The notes beneath the pieces are model-generated. The model was not told the origin of the DNA. It was given only the letters and a program-made list of their open reading frames with translations, and made no database searches. Shown piece after piece: positions 43,001 to 58,000 of a stretch of 64,000 nt of DNA. Numbering within the stretch: the first letter of the stretch is position 1; each line of letters opens with the position of its first letter. Origin of the DNA: Octopus bimaculoides (lineage: Eukaryota). Position numbers and translations under genes: made by a program. Where the stretch lies: positions 93,203,372 to 93,267,371 of the forward strand of contig NC_068984.1 of the NCBI RefSeq assembly GCF_001194135.2, written 5' to 3'.

Positions 43001-46000
43001 AAAATATCATAAAAGAAAACAGTTCACTGAAGCTTATCATTTACCACTTTGTTTATGTGTATGAAAGCTTTATCTAAGATATTTCTCTGAAATGTCATGT
43101 TAGTATTATGGACAAAGTAATTATATGTGTGTTAGGTGTACCCTTGTTTTGACATCATGTGATGGTTGTAAACAGGCATCACCATCATACAAGCTATGTT
43201 GTCTGTTTCCAGTTTTCTGTTAAAAACATGTCTAGTCATGGGAAAATATTACCTAGCTTAGAAACAGGTGAGGTTTAGTGAGAGGAAGGGCAACTAGCTG
43301 TAGAAAATCTACCTCAACAAATTCCATTAGAAACATGCAAGTATGAAAAGGTGGACATTAAAACAATGATGATGATTCTAGTTGAAAGTCATCTGCAAGA
43401 AATATTACGAACATTCACCTTCTAGAAATAGCTGCCAAGTCTCCTTCAAATCAGCCATAAAGACACATTGTATCAGGTCATCCCATAAGTTCTGTCCGAA
43501 TTTTGAATTAAAAAAACAAGTGATCAAATGTTATGATTATCTATGACTTCCTTCCATCTATTTACAAGCTTTTTAATCCCATCAATGTAAAACTCTTTTG
43601 GTTTCAAAGTGAAGAACTCTGAAATCTCAGTTTCGACCTCCCCCTGGCTTGCGAAAGTTATGTCCCCCAAATGATTCTGTAAACTACAAAACAAATGGTA
43701 GTCTGAAGGAGCAAGGTTAGGAGAATAAGGTGGATGAGGAATTTTTTCCCAACCAAGCTCTTCGATCTTCTGTGATGTGATCTTTGCAGTGTAGGGTCGC
43801 ACATTGTCCTGATGAAACATCACTCCTTTTCGATTCACTAAAGCGAGTCTTTTTTTCTTCAAAGCTTGGTTCAAACACTCTAATTGCTNNNNNNNNNNNN
43901 NNNNNNNNNNNNNNNNNNNNNNNNNNNNNNNNNNNNNNNNNNNNNNNNNNNNNNNNNNNNNNNNNNNNNNNNNNNNNNNNNNNNNNNNNNNNNNNNNNNN
44001 NNNNNNNNNNNNNNNNNNNNNNNNNNNNNNNNNNNNNNNNNNNNNNNNNNNNNNNNNNNNNNNNNNNNNNNNNNNNNNNNNNNNNNNNNNNNNNNNNNNN
44101 NNNNNNNNNNNNNNNNNNNNNNNNNNNNNNNNNNNNNNNNNNNNNNNNNNNNNNNNNNNNNNNNNNNNNNNNNNNNNNNNNNNNNNNNNNNNNNNNNNNN
44201 NNNNNNNNNNNNNNNNNNNNNNNNNNNNNNNNNTTTGCAGCTGCTTTCGGACAATTCATGAGACACCCATTTTCCAAGTTTAGGAACCTTTCCAAGTTGT
44301 TGAAGATGACGATGAACAGTTGTATAGTTTGAACTAAGCTTTATTGCCAATTCTTCAACTGATAATGCAGGATTTTCTTCAAGTAATGCCTCAAGGAGCT
44401 TATCATCAAACTGAACTTGATGTCCTGTTGTATCTTCATCTTCAAGGCTGAAATCTCCACTTCTGAATTTTGCAAACCATCTTCTGCAAGTTCTTTCATT
44501 CAAGCATTCTTTCCCATAAACTGAGTGTATGTTTTGAGTCGCTTTGGCTGCAGAGTTTCCTTTTTTGTACTCATAAAGCATTATGTGCCTCAAATGTTCT
44601 TTGGATACTTCCATGTGAGAAAGGGTTTTAGTCAAAAAAATTTTAATTCTATTATTCTGTAAAATAATATTTGATTAGTTTAAATGTACACAAATGCATA
44701 AAAATAAATTTTAATTCCATTAGATATTCTAAAGTACTATTAAATTCAATTTTAAAACAGATAAAATCAGACAGAACTTATGGGATGACCTGATAATAAT
44801 GATAACAGAACTTTCACTATGCAAAGTGTGATGTGTATGTTACATTAAGTATGTGTGTATTTATGAGACTAATGCAAAAAATAACAAGTAAAATAATTTT
44901 TGCCATTTATAATACCAAAAACAAAATATTCTTTATTATGCATGTAATATATATTAATTATAGTTAAAAATATTTCAAATTCTAAAATAACGTAATAAGA
45001 AAATAATCAATATTCATTTGCATTAATGTTCATAGGAAAAGTTTTTTTAAAAACCAATATATAAAAAGTAAAAAGAAACATGTTATATACAGCCAGAACA
45101 AGCATTGGATTCACTTAGATTTCATAATTTTTCTTATTCCTCTCTAATGTAATATCCGTTTGTTCAAGCATATTTTATTTGACCAAATATGAATTAGCAA
45201 TGCAAAATGTCTTGCAGAGAAGCAGCTAGAATACAGCAATAAACAAGGAGACAAATTGCACAAAATTCTGAACAACATAGAGAAGCACAGCCACAACTTC
45301 CTTCAAATCAACAAGAACATATTGTGGCTCAAAATGCTGAACAAAATAAAGCAGCATGATAGTAAGTTTCTTGAGAGCAGCAAGAACTTCTGTTTGCACA
45401 AAATACTGAACATCATAGAACAGCAAATCTTATTCAAAAACAGCCTGAACAGATTTTAGATCAAGATCCTGAACAACATTGTCAAGTATACCAGCAACTA
45501 AGAGCTCAGAATATAATTAATTGATGAAACAAGCAAATAAGGATAGTCAATGTTGCAAGACAGCATGATATTGACTCAGTCATATCAGTAGCTGTCAATG
45601 TAACCTGTCAGAGTTGTGGCTTCATAACATACCAACATTCATAGGAAAGTGTCCTGGAGAAATATTGTCCTATTCTGATTATGGTATTTGCTGTAAAATA
45701 TGGTTTAATACTTCTAGAAGTACCAGATTGATCTGATTTACTATATCATTTGTTCATACTTAATTCAACAAAACAAAATATTTGAGAAGAAACATTCAAC
45801 ATTCAGTGCTTGGTTGAGTGTAAAATGAAAGTGAATGATGCTACATTCCTTTTCATTTACAGAATGCATGGAGTTAATAGATTCTTTTGAGCGCCAAGAA
45901 ATACTATTATTGATGCACTATCCAGTCTACAAACTTACATTTATGATTCTGAAGAACAAATTTGAGAATGGTTGCAGAAAATGAAAGATACTTTTATTTT

Positions 46001-49000
46001 ATGTATGGTTCATTCTGTGATAGTTTTAAGAAGCACTTATTTACTATCATTCCTATTTATTCAAGAACAAATTGATACCAGAAAATACTTTCTATTGGGC
46101 TATATACTGACAAAAACCCAGATGGTAAACACTCAAGAATGTATAACTTGTTTACATGAGGTTGCTGTATTGATTCCTGATAATGGCAAGGAAACACATC
46201 AAATTGAGTAGAGAACAATGTCTCCAAATATTTAGCAACTCATCAACCCTATGATCCCTATGACGTGTCCATATATATTTCTTAGTGGCTTAGCTAGAGG
46301 GCAACTCAATATACTAAACCAAAGTTTAGAAAAGTTTGGAAAAGTTACATATCTTTAATTTCATTCTTTTGGGATAATATATTGTGAATATATCTATTCT
46401 AGTAGTTTTGTGTAGACCATTGTACCAAAGTCTTATTTGCTCATTTGCTGTGTATTCAAAACTGGCTATATGAGATCTGTATAATGGTCTGGTGGCTTGC
46501 AGGCTGTGCTAATCAGACTGGAAGATGATACTTTCCCCAAAATGGGTTGTCCAAAATATATGGTAAAGTAGTACCAAGACATGATGGCTATCATAAAAGA
46601 AAAAAAAAATTGAAAAAGAACCTTCATTAATTGTGATTTTTATTTGCAATGAAAAGTGAGAAGAAATTACAAGAGAACTCAATGCAGATAAAACCAGTAG
46701 AGATTGTCTTGATATAACTCCTGAAGTTTTCTAAGTGAAGCAGCAGCAAGTTCTACAAGACTTCAAGTCTAGTATTTTTGGAAAATTAATGAGGCATGTG
46801 AGCACAATTGAATTTCAGAAAAGATGTTTATCTTATAATTTTTTTATAATTATAAAAAAAAAACATCCCAAAACATGACAAGAAATTGACTAAATTGTCT
46901 CTGCTGAACTCTTTTCAAATAATGCATAGTTGGTTTTTAGAGTTTGATGAAGTACATGATTCATGAACCTTGCATATTATATGGAAAATGCAGCAAGAAT
47001 TACTCGTGTAGGTTCTATTCACAAACACCTAGTGTTGGAGACTGTTGTTCATTGTATCATTGGTGAAATCCAACTGAAAGTGGTCATACTGCTAACGTGT
47101 TAGTTCAGAATAGAGACATTGAAATGGCAATTGACATATAGTTCCTTGCAATTCTTTCAGTGACTTAAAAGCCTGCATCATTATTGAATGGTACATATCT
47201 GTCAAAGCTACCAACTATCTGTATAGTGGTAAGAAACTCTCGAGAGAGCTGAACAGCAAAAGGTCTTCAGAAAAAAAGACCCACTTAGACAAATGTTTCA
47301 GCCCTTAACTTACACTCTACAGAAGCCATGCTGCATCCAGGTCATGACTCCTGGGTGCCCTTCTGCTGACACTTTTTAGCCACTTGGATATCTGAGATTT
47401 GTGCATCAAAACTACTTGAAGATTTCATCTAGTTGTAATTCCTCTCTGTTGACTCAGCTTTCAAACTTATACTTAAGAAATAACATTGGTTGTCATCGTA
47501 GTAGTAAAATGTTAGCACTATCACATTGACTCACTCAGAGTTACTTCCCTTAGTGTTAAAATCCAAAAATATTGCCTTCAATTGGTATGGAGATAGTTTT
47601 TTGTTCCTCCTCAACCAGATCCAGCTGGAACATCTCTCCACTGTCTCTGGTATTATTTTTAGGGCTTTGGTCCCGTTCTTCCCTGAGACTGAAAGTTGTT
47701 TCGTTAGATTGTAAGCAGATTTACCCACAAAACCTCTGGCTCCAAGCTCTATAGCGAGAACTGTGAATCAAAAGTTTGCTTACCTTAGGCTGTTGGTCAG
47801 ACTGGTGTATTTTTCAGTTTTGATCTTGTATGCCTCTTCTATTCTACTTTCAAATGGCCCAGTGAGTTCAATCAAAATCAGTTGTTTTAATAAACTGTAA
47901 GGGAGTACAATATCCATCCTCAAACCACTTGTCCTGATGATGTCTTATTGTTCTGTTGATCCTGGGAGGTCTGCTGAGCACTCCTAGTCCTCCACACCAG
48001 CCAAAAGATCCATTCCCATTCCTCGTATAGCATAGCTGTTCCTGGCCATGATTTTCTGTCTCTGGCTGTTGTTGGAAATTCTGGTTTTACTATTGCTTTA
48101 TTCATTACATGTATGATCTCCTTAAACATTTGATTGTTCCCCCATTTGCATCTTCCTTAGGCTAGTGCAACTCTGCAGCAGCTCAGAATGTGTGTCATTG
48201 TCTACTCCAGCAAAGTGGGAACTTAGGATTATCTGATTTGCCCTACTTCACTAGGTTTAAATTCAAAAGCAGGAGATCATAGACAAATCTGGAGATAAAA
48301 ATTATTCTAAGAGGTGCTATGCACTACAAGTCATTCCAGGTGAGACACTTCTGGAGTGCACCTTCCTACATTGTCCACTGGCTCTGTTGGCTATGTATTG
48401 TCTTTTGAATTCTTATGGCATACTCTTCCTTTATCACCTTCTGTAAAATCAGACCTCTCTTCATCTTTCCCCTAACCTCTGACCACTATTCTATTTTTCT
48501 TATGCTCAGTCTCTACCTATTAGCCTGAGTGTGTCCCATTATTTCTCTGATCATAAGGCTTTTCTTTGCTGCATCCATTGCCTCTTAGACTTTCCAATTC
48601 CTGCCTGTCTTCAGTGTGAGCCAGATTGACCTCACAACCTTGTCTTTCAAATCTTCTAGCATGGTTAAGAGCTTTGCTTTTCCAAATTTGTATTCCTTGA
48701 CAATGAACTTGGCAACAGTAGAGTGCAACATCAGTAAGACCTAGTGGAACACTAAGCCACTTCCTGTGTACTTGTTGATTTTGACCTTCATGTCCTCCAC
48801 TATTCTAGTGCTGCAAACCTTTTTCCACCATTTGTTTGGTTTTGGTTCCCCTTTTCATATCTTTCAGGGTGTTGTCATACCACCTTCTGAGGCTTTTAAC
48901 TGGTTCCTCTGCCACTGTTGGGATATTTTGGCTGGCTACTATAAACACAAGTGTTTCCACAAATTTCCCTTTCTGCAAAGAGAGGTTCTGGGATTTCTTT

Positions 49001-52000
49001 GGTTTGAACCTCATTCTGGAAGATGCAACTACCTTGTCCATTTCAGCATCCTGTGTGTTTCATCCTCCTTTGTGGGAAGGACTGTATGTATTGCCATCCA
49101 TGAAGGCTTTTAGAGGTGACATCCAAAGTTCTTTTGGAACTAACCATTCCATTGTTGCCTTCAGGATGACCTCCATTTCCAACACAAAGGGCATAGGGAA
49201 AATTGCACAGCCCATTTTTATGCCCACTTCCAAATTGATCTTGGCAGTTGTGTACTCTTTCATGGTGAATAACATAGAGAGACCACAAAAATATTTCTTC
49301 AGCATTTCTCGAATATTCTTTGGAACGTGTTACATCTCAAGAGCTAATTAAATCATCTTGTGTGGGACCAAACTGAGCCATACCACATCAAGGTTGCTCT
49401 TTTCTGCTCTAGCTCTTTGGATTAGCTCCCAAGATCATTGAGGCATGTTCTACACAACCCAGCACTGTACAGGTGCCTCTGTTCTGAACTGACATATCTA
49501 AGTACTTATTCTCTGTAAGATATTTAGTTAACCTTGCTGTCATAGCAGAGAAGATTTTACCTTCAGCTTTCAGAAGTGATATTGGTCTGAATTGGCTAAT
49601 GCCACTTGAATTCTGCTTTTTTGGAATGTATACTCCTTCAGCTTTTATTCATTGGTTGCTGATCTTCAAGTTCTTCTATGCTGGCCTTATAAAATTCGTA
49701 GAGCCTTCATGATTAATTCAAAACAATGTGAATAAGTAAGCATTACACTTGAATGCTAAAGGGTTAAATATGAAAATTGCAATTACCTTGGGTCATTTGT
49801 ATTATGTTACAGACTTTTCAAAATCCCTATTAATCAAAATAATTCTTCTGTAGAATGTCTTCATTGAAAAGTTATTTTTAAACTAAACAATACAGAAAAT
49901 GCTCTTCAACAAGCTCAATCAACTAAATCCACAACTTATTTTCATGAAAATGCAAAGAATCCAAAAATGAGAAATTCCTTTTATTGCAACCTCCCTGAAT
50001 ATTATATGATGCAGTCATCATATACAATTTGGCAAAGAATGACAAGGCAGCCAAAAGAAATACTGGATACCATCTGTTGTAGAGAGAACTCTTCATCACA
50101 AAGCCAGAATTACAAGATTTAATGTAGCCAAGTATAACCTGCAAAAGTTTTAAGCAAGCATACTGAGTATTTAATTTCCTTGAGAATGACCATGAATGGG
50201 ACAGCTAACCAGCTCAGAAATCTATTTGTTATCTGTAAATTTATGTTTTGCAACAGTCTTATTGAAAATTTTCTATATCACAGAAGAGAAAAAAATGGCC
50301 ATTGAAAATGTAAATGACATGCCATGCAATCCAACAAACCTGCGAATATTTGAAGATGAAAGAGAATTCAACTAATCAACTAAAATGACACATCATAAAG
50401 ATAAATATAAAGCATGGACTAAGAATGTTAGTTATGGACAAGTCATCTTAGTAAATGTAAATTTTGTAGAATGTACATGCAGAGTTTTCAGAATGTGAAA
50501 TAAAATATATTAAAAGATTATTTATTAAGCCATCCAAAATTTCAATAATTTATTCAATTAAAATGCACCTAATATAATGTGTATTTTTCTGAAACTGAAA
50601 TTAGAGGTAAAATTAATAAGTTCCTAATTCATTCAAAAACTCTTTGCATTTAAACTAAATACATTTTTTTAATATTAAAACTATTATTTAAAATAGACAA
50701 ACAATTTAAATTTAAAATTTTGTATTTTGCCAGAGCATCCAGTACCAAATTGGTTTTCCCTATTCATAATATTTCACCCTATTATTTCAGATGTTGAGCA
50801 TGCTGGAAATAAAACCCACTCTTTATCAAATAAATATGCAGTCAGCATCCTTAAGTTTGTTTTAGCTTGACAATACACTTTAAACTTTTTAATTATATAC
50901 TTTCAGTTTAATTGTAGTTGAGGCTGGTGACTTATTATTTAAATAGTTGAATTTTTTCATTCCAAACCATGCCACAGTTATTGAGGAAAGTTCATTAATC
51001 AGCCTTGAAATACCTACATCAGCTGGTTATACATCATCTCAAATCACTATCTGATTATGAAGATGTACTTTTTATGGTGACTTTATATTAAAAAAGAAAC
51101 AAATACCTTTTAAATTATTGCTTCAAAAGTGTACAGTATTTTCTTGTAAATGTTAAGTTTACATTGTGCTTATTTGTAATATTAAAAAAAAAATAAAACT
51201 TATTGATTTCCAAAGCTGAAAAGAATTTAATAGAATTATCTTAATTATGCAGCTCTTGTGAATTATTTGAAAGTGACACATCTGAATGTTCAACTAAAGA
51301 ATCCTCTCAACAACAATCTTCGATTAGCCAAAGTTGATTTGCCACGTGTGAACAGCACAAATCCAGAGAATCCATTCTCCATATCTGTACCTGTTCAAGC
51401 TGCAGGTAAATGCAATTCAATCTATATAATTATCTGCTTGTTTGTTTGCCTGTTATACTTTAGTTAGTTAAGTGGAGGTGGAGTAAAAGTGTGTGTGAGA
51501 GAGAGGGATGTGAGGAGTGTGAGTAGAGAAGTAGAGAAAGAGGCATAATAAGGCCAAATGGATCACATGATTAGTCGAAGGGAGATGCAAAGAGCAAGAG
51601 AGAAAGTCAATGAGAGAAAAGAGGGAGAGAAAAGTATTAACGAAATGCTGTAGGATGGGGAGAGAAACGTAATGAGAAAGAGATATGTTTAGGATACAAT
51701 ATTTAATGAAGGGTAATGTTCTGGTGGTGAGGTTAAAGAAAGGCAGATAAAGAGATGGGTAGGAGAGGCAGTTACATTATGAGAGAGTTAGTGAAAGTGA
51801 GAGATGAAGAGAAAGAGAGAAATGTTAAAGACATGAAGATGGAAATTACATGGTTAGAAGAGGTAGAGAAAAAGAGAGAAAATATAAAGTGCTTAGTAGA
51901 GGGAAATTTTAAGATATAATATATTATTGTGACTGGAAGTGAAATAGCAAAATAAAAATAGAAATGCAAATCATCCTTTCTTTCTTAACCCTTTCATTAC

Positions 52001-55000
52001 CAACCCGGCTGAAACCGGCTCTGGCTCTGAGAACAGATGTCTTGTTTTCATAAGTTTTGAATCAAAATCTTCCACCAAACCTTAGTCACAATTTATGTTC
52101 CTAACACTAGCTGAATGATAACTAAGTTATTTTACTAAACTCTTTGTTATATTTAAAAAGAAACACTGAGCATCTCAAAATAAATTCAGTAACAAAAGGG
52201 TTAAATAGCTTCTCTTAATCTTTTTTAGTTAAAATTATTTTATTTATTTTCTCTTTAACAAAACATAAATTAACTCTAAGGCGCNNNNNNNNNNNNNNNN
52301 NNNNNNNNNNNNNNNNNNNNNNNNNNNNNNNNNNNNNNNNNNNNNNNNNNNNNNNNNNNNNNNNNNNNNNNNNNNNNNNNNNNNNNNNNNNNNNNNNNNN
52401 NNNNNNNNNNNNNNNNNNNNNNNNNNNNNNNNNNNNNNNNNNNNNNNNNNNNNNNNNNNNNNNNNNNNNNNNNNNNNNNNNNNNNNNNNNNNNNNNNNNN
52501 NNNNNNNNNNNNNNNNNNNNNNNNNNNNNNNNNNNNNNNNNNNNNNNNNNNNNNNNNNNNNNNNNNNNNNNNNNNNNNNNNNNNNNNNNNNNNNNNNNNN
52601 NNNNNNNNNNNNNNNNNNNNNNNNNNNNNNNNNNNNNNNNNNNNNNNNNNNNNNNNNNNNNNNNNNNNNNNNNNNNNNNNNNNNNNNNNNNNNNNNNNNN
52701 NNNNNNNNNNNNNNNNNNNNCTAATACCAACCACCCCACAGAGTAGACTGAGTGCTTTTTATGTGGCACCATCACTGGCACATAAAAGTAAGTTGCAAAG
52801 CAAAGAATCTTTGAGAGGAGAGGGGGCAATGGTGGAGATGATCTTGTGTCAGAGGATGAAAGGTTAAAGTGTGACAGAGAGACAGAAACAGGTGTCTTTC
52901 TGTAGAGGAGATACAAAGTTATCCAGCCATAGAGAAAGAGAAAGAAGGAGAGTGAGATAACAAGAAAGATGACAGAAACAGGTGTGCTGATGTCAAGGAG
53001 ATACTTGGTTACCTAGCTAGAGGGAAGAGCAAGAGAAGGAGAGAGACAGAGATCAAGAAAAAAGGCAGAAACAGGTGTAGAAGAGATACATGATTACCTA
53101 GCCAGAGGGCAAGAAAAGAGAAAGATTGGGAGACAGCAAGAGTGCAAAAGAGAACAGGAGAGAGTTGGTGGCGAAGTGCAAGGATATATTCACAAGGAAC
53201 AGGAATCTGAGCATAAATGGGATGGTAGAGTAAGGAAGAGAGAGATAAATTGTGACAAGTGCCAGGGCATACCCTCAAGGTATGAAGGGCATAATATTCA
53301 TGGCAGGGCATTGTCAAGGCATCATGAATAGGGAGTGGGGGTGGGAAATACAGTGGCTAGTGGGAACATGGATATAAAGAAGGGGCGGGGAAAAGTAGCA
53401 ATCCAGTGAGCAGAAGATAATCATGCAGTTTTTCTTGCATAATAACCCATGGCAGTACCAAGTATTCACTTGATAAATCTTCCAAACTTTGATCCCCCAT
53501 TGTGTGGGTTTTCCAAGATGTACAGCTAGAAACATACTTGACTTTTGTAACCCACCATACCCTCATCAACAGACAGGTATCTCCTTGTTTGTAGAATGTT
53601 TTATATATATTTCAAATGCAGTCAATGAGAAGTCTTATTTTAAATAATGGATCAAAGTTTAGTTCTCTGCATACTTGGTACTGCTAGTGTCTCTTACATA
53701 TAGGTACTGCGATAATTTCAAAAATCGGGTCCTTGTCATTATACTAGAAACATACTGGTCTCCAAAAGGTTCATCACTGTTCCAGTAGTTTGTATTTCTG
53801 GGTAGTTTTCTCATACTCATAAGTGTATTAATCACAAACAATGCTCAGATTTTGTCCAAACATGTGGGAGACCATAAATTATTTCTTTGTTTACATTTTG
53901 CATAATGATTTGTTTTGGCAGTAATTGTTTCAAACAAATTAAGAGAAAAAAATAATTTAGAAAATTGTCTAATGGTTTTATCTCCTGAAAAAGACTATGA
54001 CTAGGTCTAATCTCTTCAGAAAAATCATTAAGAAAAACTGTTTTCAAATTTTTACTCCATTTACATACAAATCCATTTTCTTTGTCACTACCATTGGAAT
54101 TGCTGGTTTCACTTTCAGAAATCAAAAGATCGAATTCATAATCACACACCACGTGATTTTTGTGTTCACCATATATGTTGCTTGATTTCTCCATGTCTTC
54201 AAATTTTTATTCACTGCTTGACAACATAAAATTGGTATCTATTTTTTGTCAGTATTGAATATTCTCAGAAAATCAATCTCAAAAAAAATGTGGGGAAAAA
54301 TCTCCAAAATTCACAGAGGTCAGATATCAATTATTTACAAAGTAAAGTCAATTATTTACATAGTAACTTAATTATTTACATAGTGAAATCATATGTTTTC
54401 ATGAATGGACTCAAAGTATGGAGGGCATACCTTGAATGATTAGGCAAATAAGAACCTTCCTTATGACTGAACTTGGGACATAACTGACACTTGTATTGGT
54501 TGTCAGGGCAAAACTTTCTGAAGAGGACCAGAATTTCATTTTCTGTCAATAGGTGATGGCTTGGGATTAGTTTTCACTTGATTTACTGATTCTAAACTTA
54601 ACTTGGCACTTGTTGCAGTCTTCTATTTATTGTGCTTCAAGTGTATTAACTTTTGATACTCTTCACTGGCTTGCTGTACAGTCATTTCTGGCCATAGTTC
54701 TAACTATGATAACAGTTTAGTATGAATATCTGCATCCAATGGTGATTGTAGACCAATAATGAAAATTAAACATTTAAACTGATTAAACTGAATTCAAATT
54801 GAAACATTCATATTTGTGATTTACTGTACCTGCATGGCTAACAAAATTCTTCTCCTTGGACTTGACAATGTTTTAAACAGTTGTATCTAATGTTAAACAA
54901 AGATGAGTTCACAGTAAAAATCTTCTGAAGTGTTTCAACTGTTTCATTGAAACTGATGTCTCAAAGATTCTTTGGTAGTATATAGTTGGTCTATTTCTGA

Positions 55001-58000
55001 GCTCAGTTAATAATAATCTGACTTTCACCTGAATGTCAAGATTTGAACAGGCAACGAAAATGTATCTTTGAAATATGCAAACTATAAATGAACAATTAGG
55101 TCAAAAATAAATTCTGTAATGGAATTTGAAGCTGTCAGATTGTCACTGTTTGAGTTGATAGATAACTCTTGAGTTAGTAATTCAATAAGGTTAAACTGTG
55201 CTACGTCAGATTGTTTCTGCCGACATTCAAGAAGCATTTCCATTTGCTTAAAAGAAATGGCCATTTTATCTCTTAACCTTGTTGCCACTGTTGTAACTGT
55301 ATTTTGGGCCTTCAGTACTAAACTAATAAAATATAACTGGATTCCAACAAAGAAAAGAACTTGTAACTCGTTTTACTTGGGTTATACTATATCAACTGGC
55401 AATTACAAAACTGTCCATTACACAAAAACCCAAGTAAGAACGCATATATGAAAAAGAGACTAACTTCCAGGGACGCAACAGGTTGAATGCCACGTTCACA
55501 TGCTAAAAAACTGTTGATCATCTTATTACGTACTCATGAACTATAGCCTTACTGTATATTTTGGTTAAAAGAGATGTCACAATAATATACAGCAGGTCAC
55601 ATGTTTCATGGTCGGCAGTCTTCAACTGCATGATCATGTACTTCATGTAGTTATTAACTGAGCTACATCATTATCAGTTTATATCCAATTTCACTGGATA
55701 AGTGAAAATTGGAATTACAAGCCAAATAAAGATAGCTGTTAATTTAGCTGACCAATGAGCAATTTGTGTTTCAAAATTACACACACACATGTGCATATAC
55801 TCACATATGCATGTATATATTCATGTGCCGGTTTTTGGACATAGGTCTTACACTATCTTTTTGGATTTGATTTATGCTTGTGCTGGCTGAGCATTTTGTT
55901 ATAATCCCATAATAGAATACTGATTTCATAGTTCACTTATTATGTACTATTTATAGAGATCTGCAGTTTTCAGCCTACATAGCATCCATTATTGCATTTC
56001 ATACTTCTTAACATTAGAATAGAAGTTTTTTTTGTCTACATTTGAGCCACTTGTGATGGATTCAGTCAACTACAAGCTATCCAGTGGTAAGTAGAAAATA
56101 CATTATAAAATACGTTTTCCATCAAATTTTCAGCATGAGATTAAATACATCTTGTTAAAAAAAATAATCACTAGCAATAGAAGCAGTACTAGTATCAATA
56201 GGCAATCTTTATATCTATCTTAACATGGATAGCTTGTTGGAACACTGAATACTGCAGTATCTGCCTTGAGAGGTCTTCTTAAATAGATGCATGGTGCATA
56301 AAAGTACAGACATATATCATAGCAGATGAGAATCATCTGGTATGGGTGCCAGAGCTACCAAATCACATGACTTCAGTGTACTTCACTTCTTCAGTGGCAA
56401 GCATTTGGTGACTGCATACCAGCCAAATCTTGCTACCTCAATATAGAATATTAGTGCAAATAGCCAGAAGACTTATTTAAAAAATTATTATTAACAACAG
56501 AGGCAGTATTAGTATCAAAAGGCAATTTCTATATCCAGCTTAATGTGAACGTGTTGTTAGAATGTTGAATACTGCACCATATTGACTCAATGGTGCTTTC
56601 GTGCACCATGCATCTATATGAGAGGACCTCTCAAGGTAAATACAGCAATATTCATCATTTTAACTAGTTGTTCATAGTAAGTTGGACATAAAGATTGTAA
56701 TTTGTTCAGTTTATCCCTTTTGAGATCAATGATGCTGGGGCACCACCTTGAGCTTAATTAAATTTTATTAAGACTTTGGAAACTTATTGCAGTATCCACC
56801 TAGTGATGGTTTAAAATAGTATTTTTAGTATCAGTTAACAAAGAAATTCATTAGAACAATATATTGTATGTAAGGAAATATATTAAGTTAGTCTGACAAA
56901 AATGAGTTTACATTATATTCTGAATGAGAAATTTGGGCCGTCAGAGTTTCTTTGTAATGGAAATAGAGTTGCTTTTTGAATGGGAAGTTATATCTTAGGC
57001 AACTTTCTGAAACCAAAATAAAGTGGCAAGTATTTTGCATAAGCATTAACATATTTTTCACTTCAATTCTGAAATCGATTTTGTAATTTTTTTATTTCCA
57101 GTATAATTGTCATATCGATTTGTATGTTTCTCTAGCCACCCAAGTGGACAGCAGTGAGGTGACCAGTGATGGAGCAATGCAGACTTATGAAGTTCTACAT
57201 CAACTGGCTCTCACCAGTTCTAGTGCCTTTCTCATTACACAGTCACAAAACAATTCTGCTATCTCTGTGACAGGAAACACTATGACAACTGATAACATTA
57301 TTGTACATGCATTACCAGTTTCTCAGGCAGGTTCTTTTAAAATCATTCCCCCCACTCTCCAGTTTAAGTAATATAAAGATTGGATGCACACTTCCTAATC
57401 ATATAAATAATTATCTTACATAGTATTTTTTCTCAATCAGCTCTAGTACATCACAATCTCTATGAGAGCATTTGCACAAGTCACTTTATCACTTGAATAT
57501 CAATCAATTCTCATTTCATATTTTTACCTTAAGTGTGAAGATCACATGTGATCAACCTTAAATAAGTGTCTCTAAAAATTTCATCTATTAAAAGACTGAC
57601 AAAGAGATTTAATTATTGTTAATGTGATCATTGTTTGCATCATCTGTTTTATATCTTTCCTTGCAAGCTTGGTTCGAGCAGTCTTACAATGTTACTATAT
57701 TTACAGTATAATTTTATCTCTAACAATGATCTTTAATATTCCCATATCTGTATTGATAAGTTATTCATTAAACTTTCTTTAAACTGCCTCTTTTATGATC
57801 GGTTGACATATCTGGTTGCATTTCCAGATATTGCTTGAGGTTTTTACTGGAATTTTTATCTGTATCTTTAACTAACTACCACTAAGGCAATATGTTTATA
57901 CAAATACCACATGTCTGTTTAAAGAGAATTTATGTTTTGTATTTCAATCTTTTTACGTATTTGAAGCCTAAAACTATCAAGTAGTTGTATGCTATTTAAT

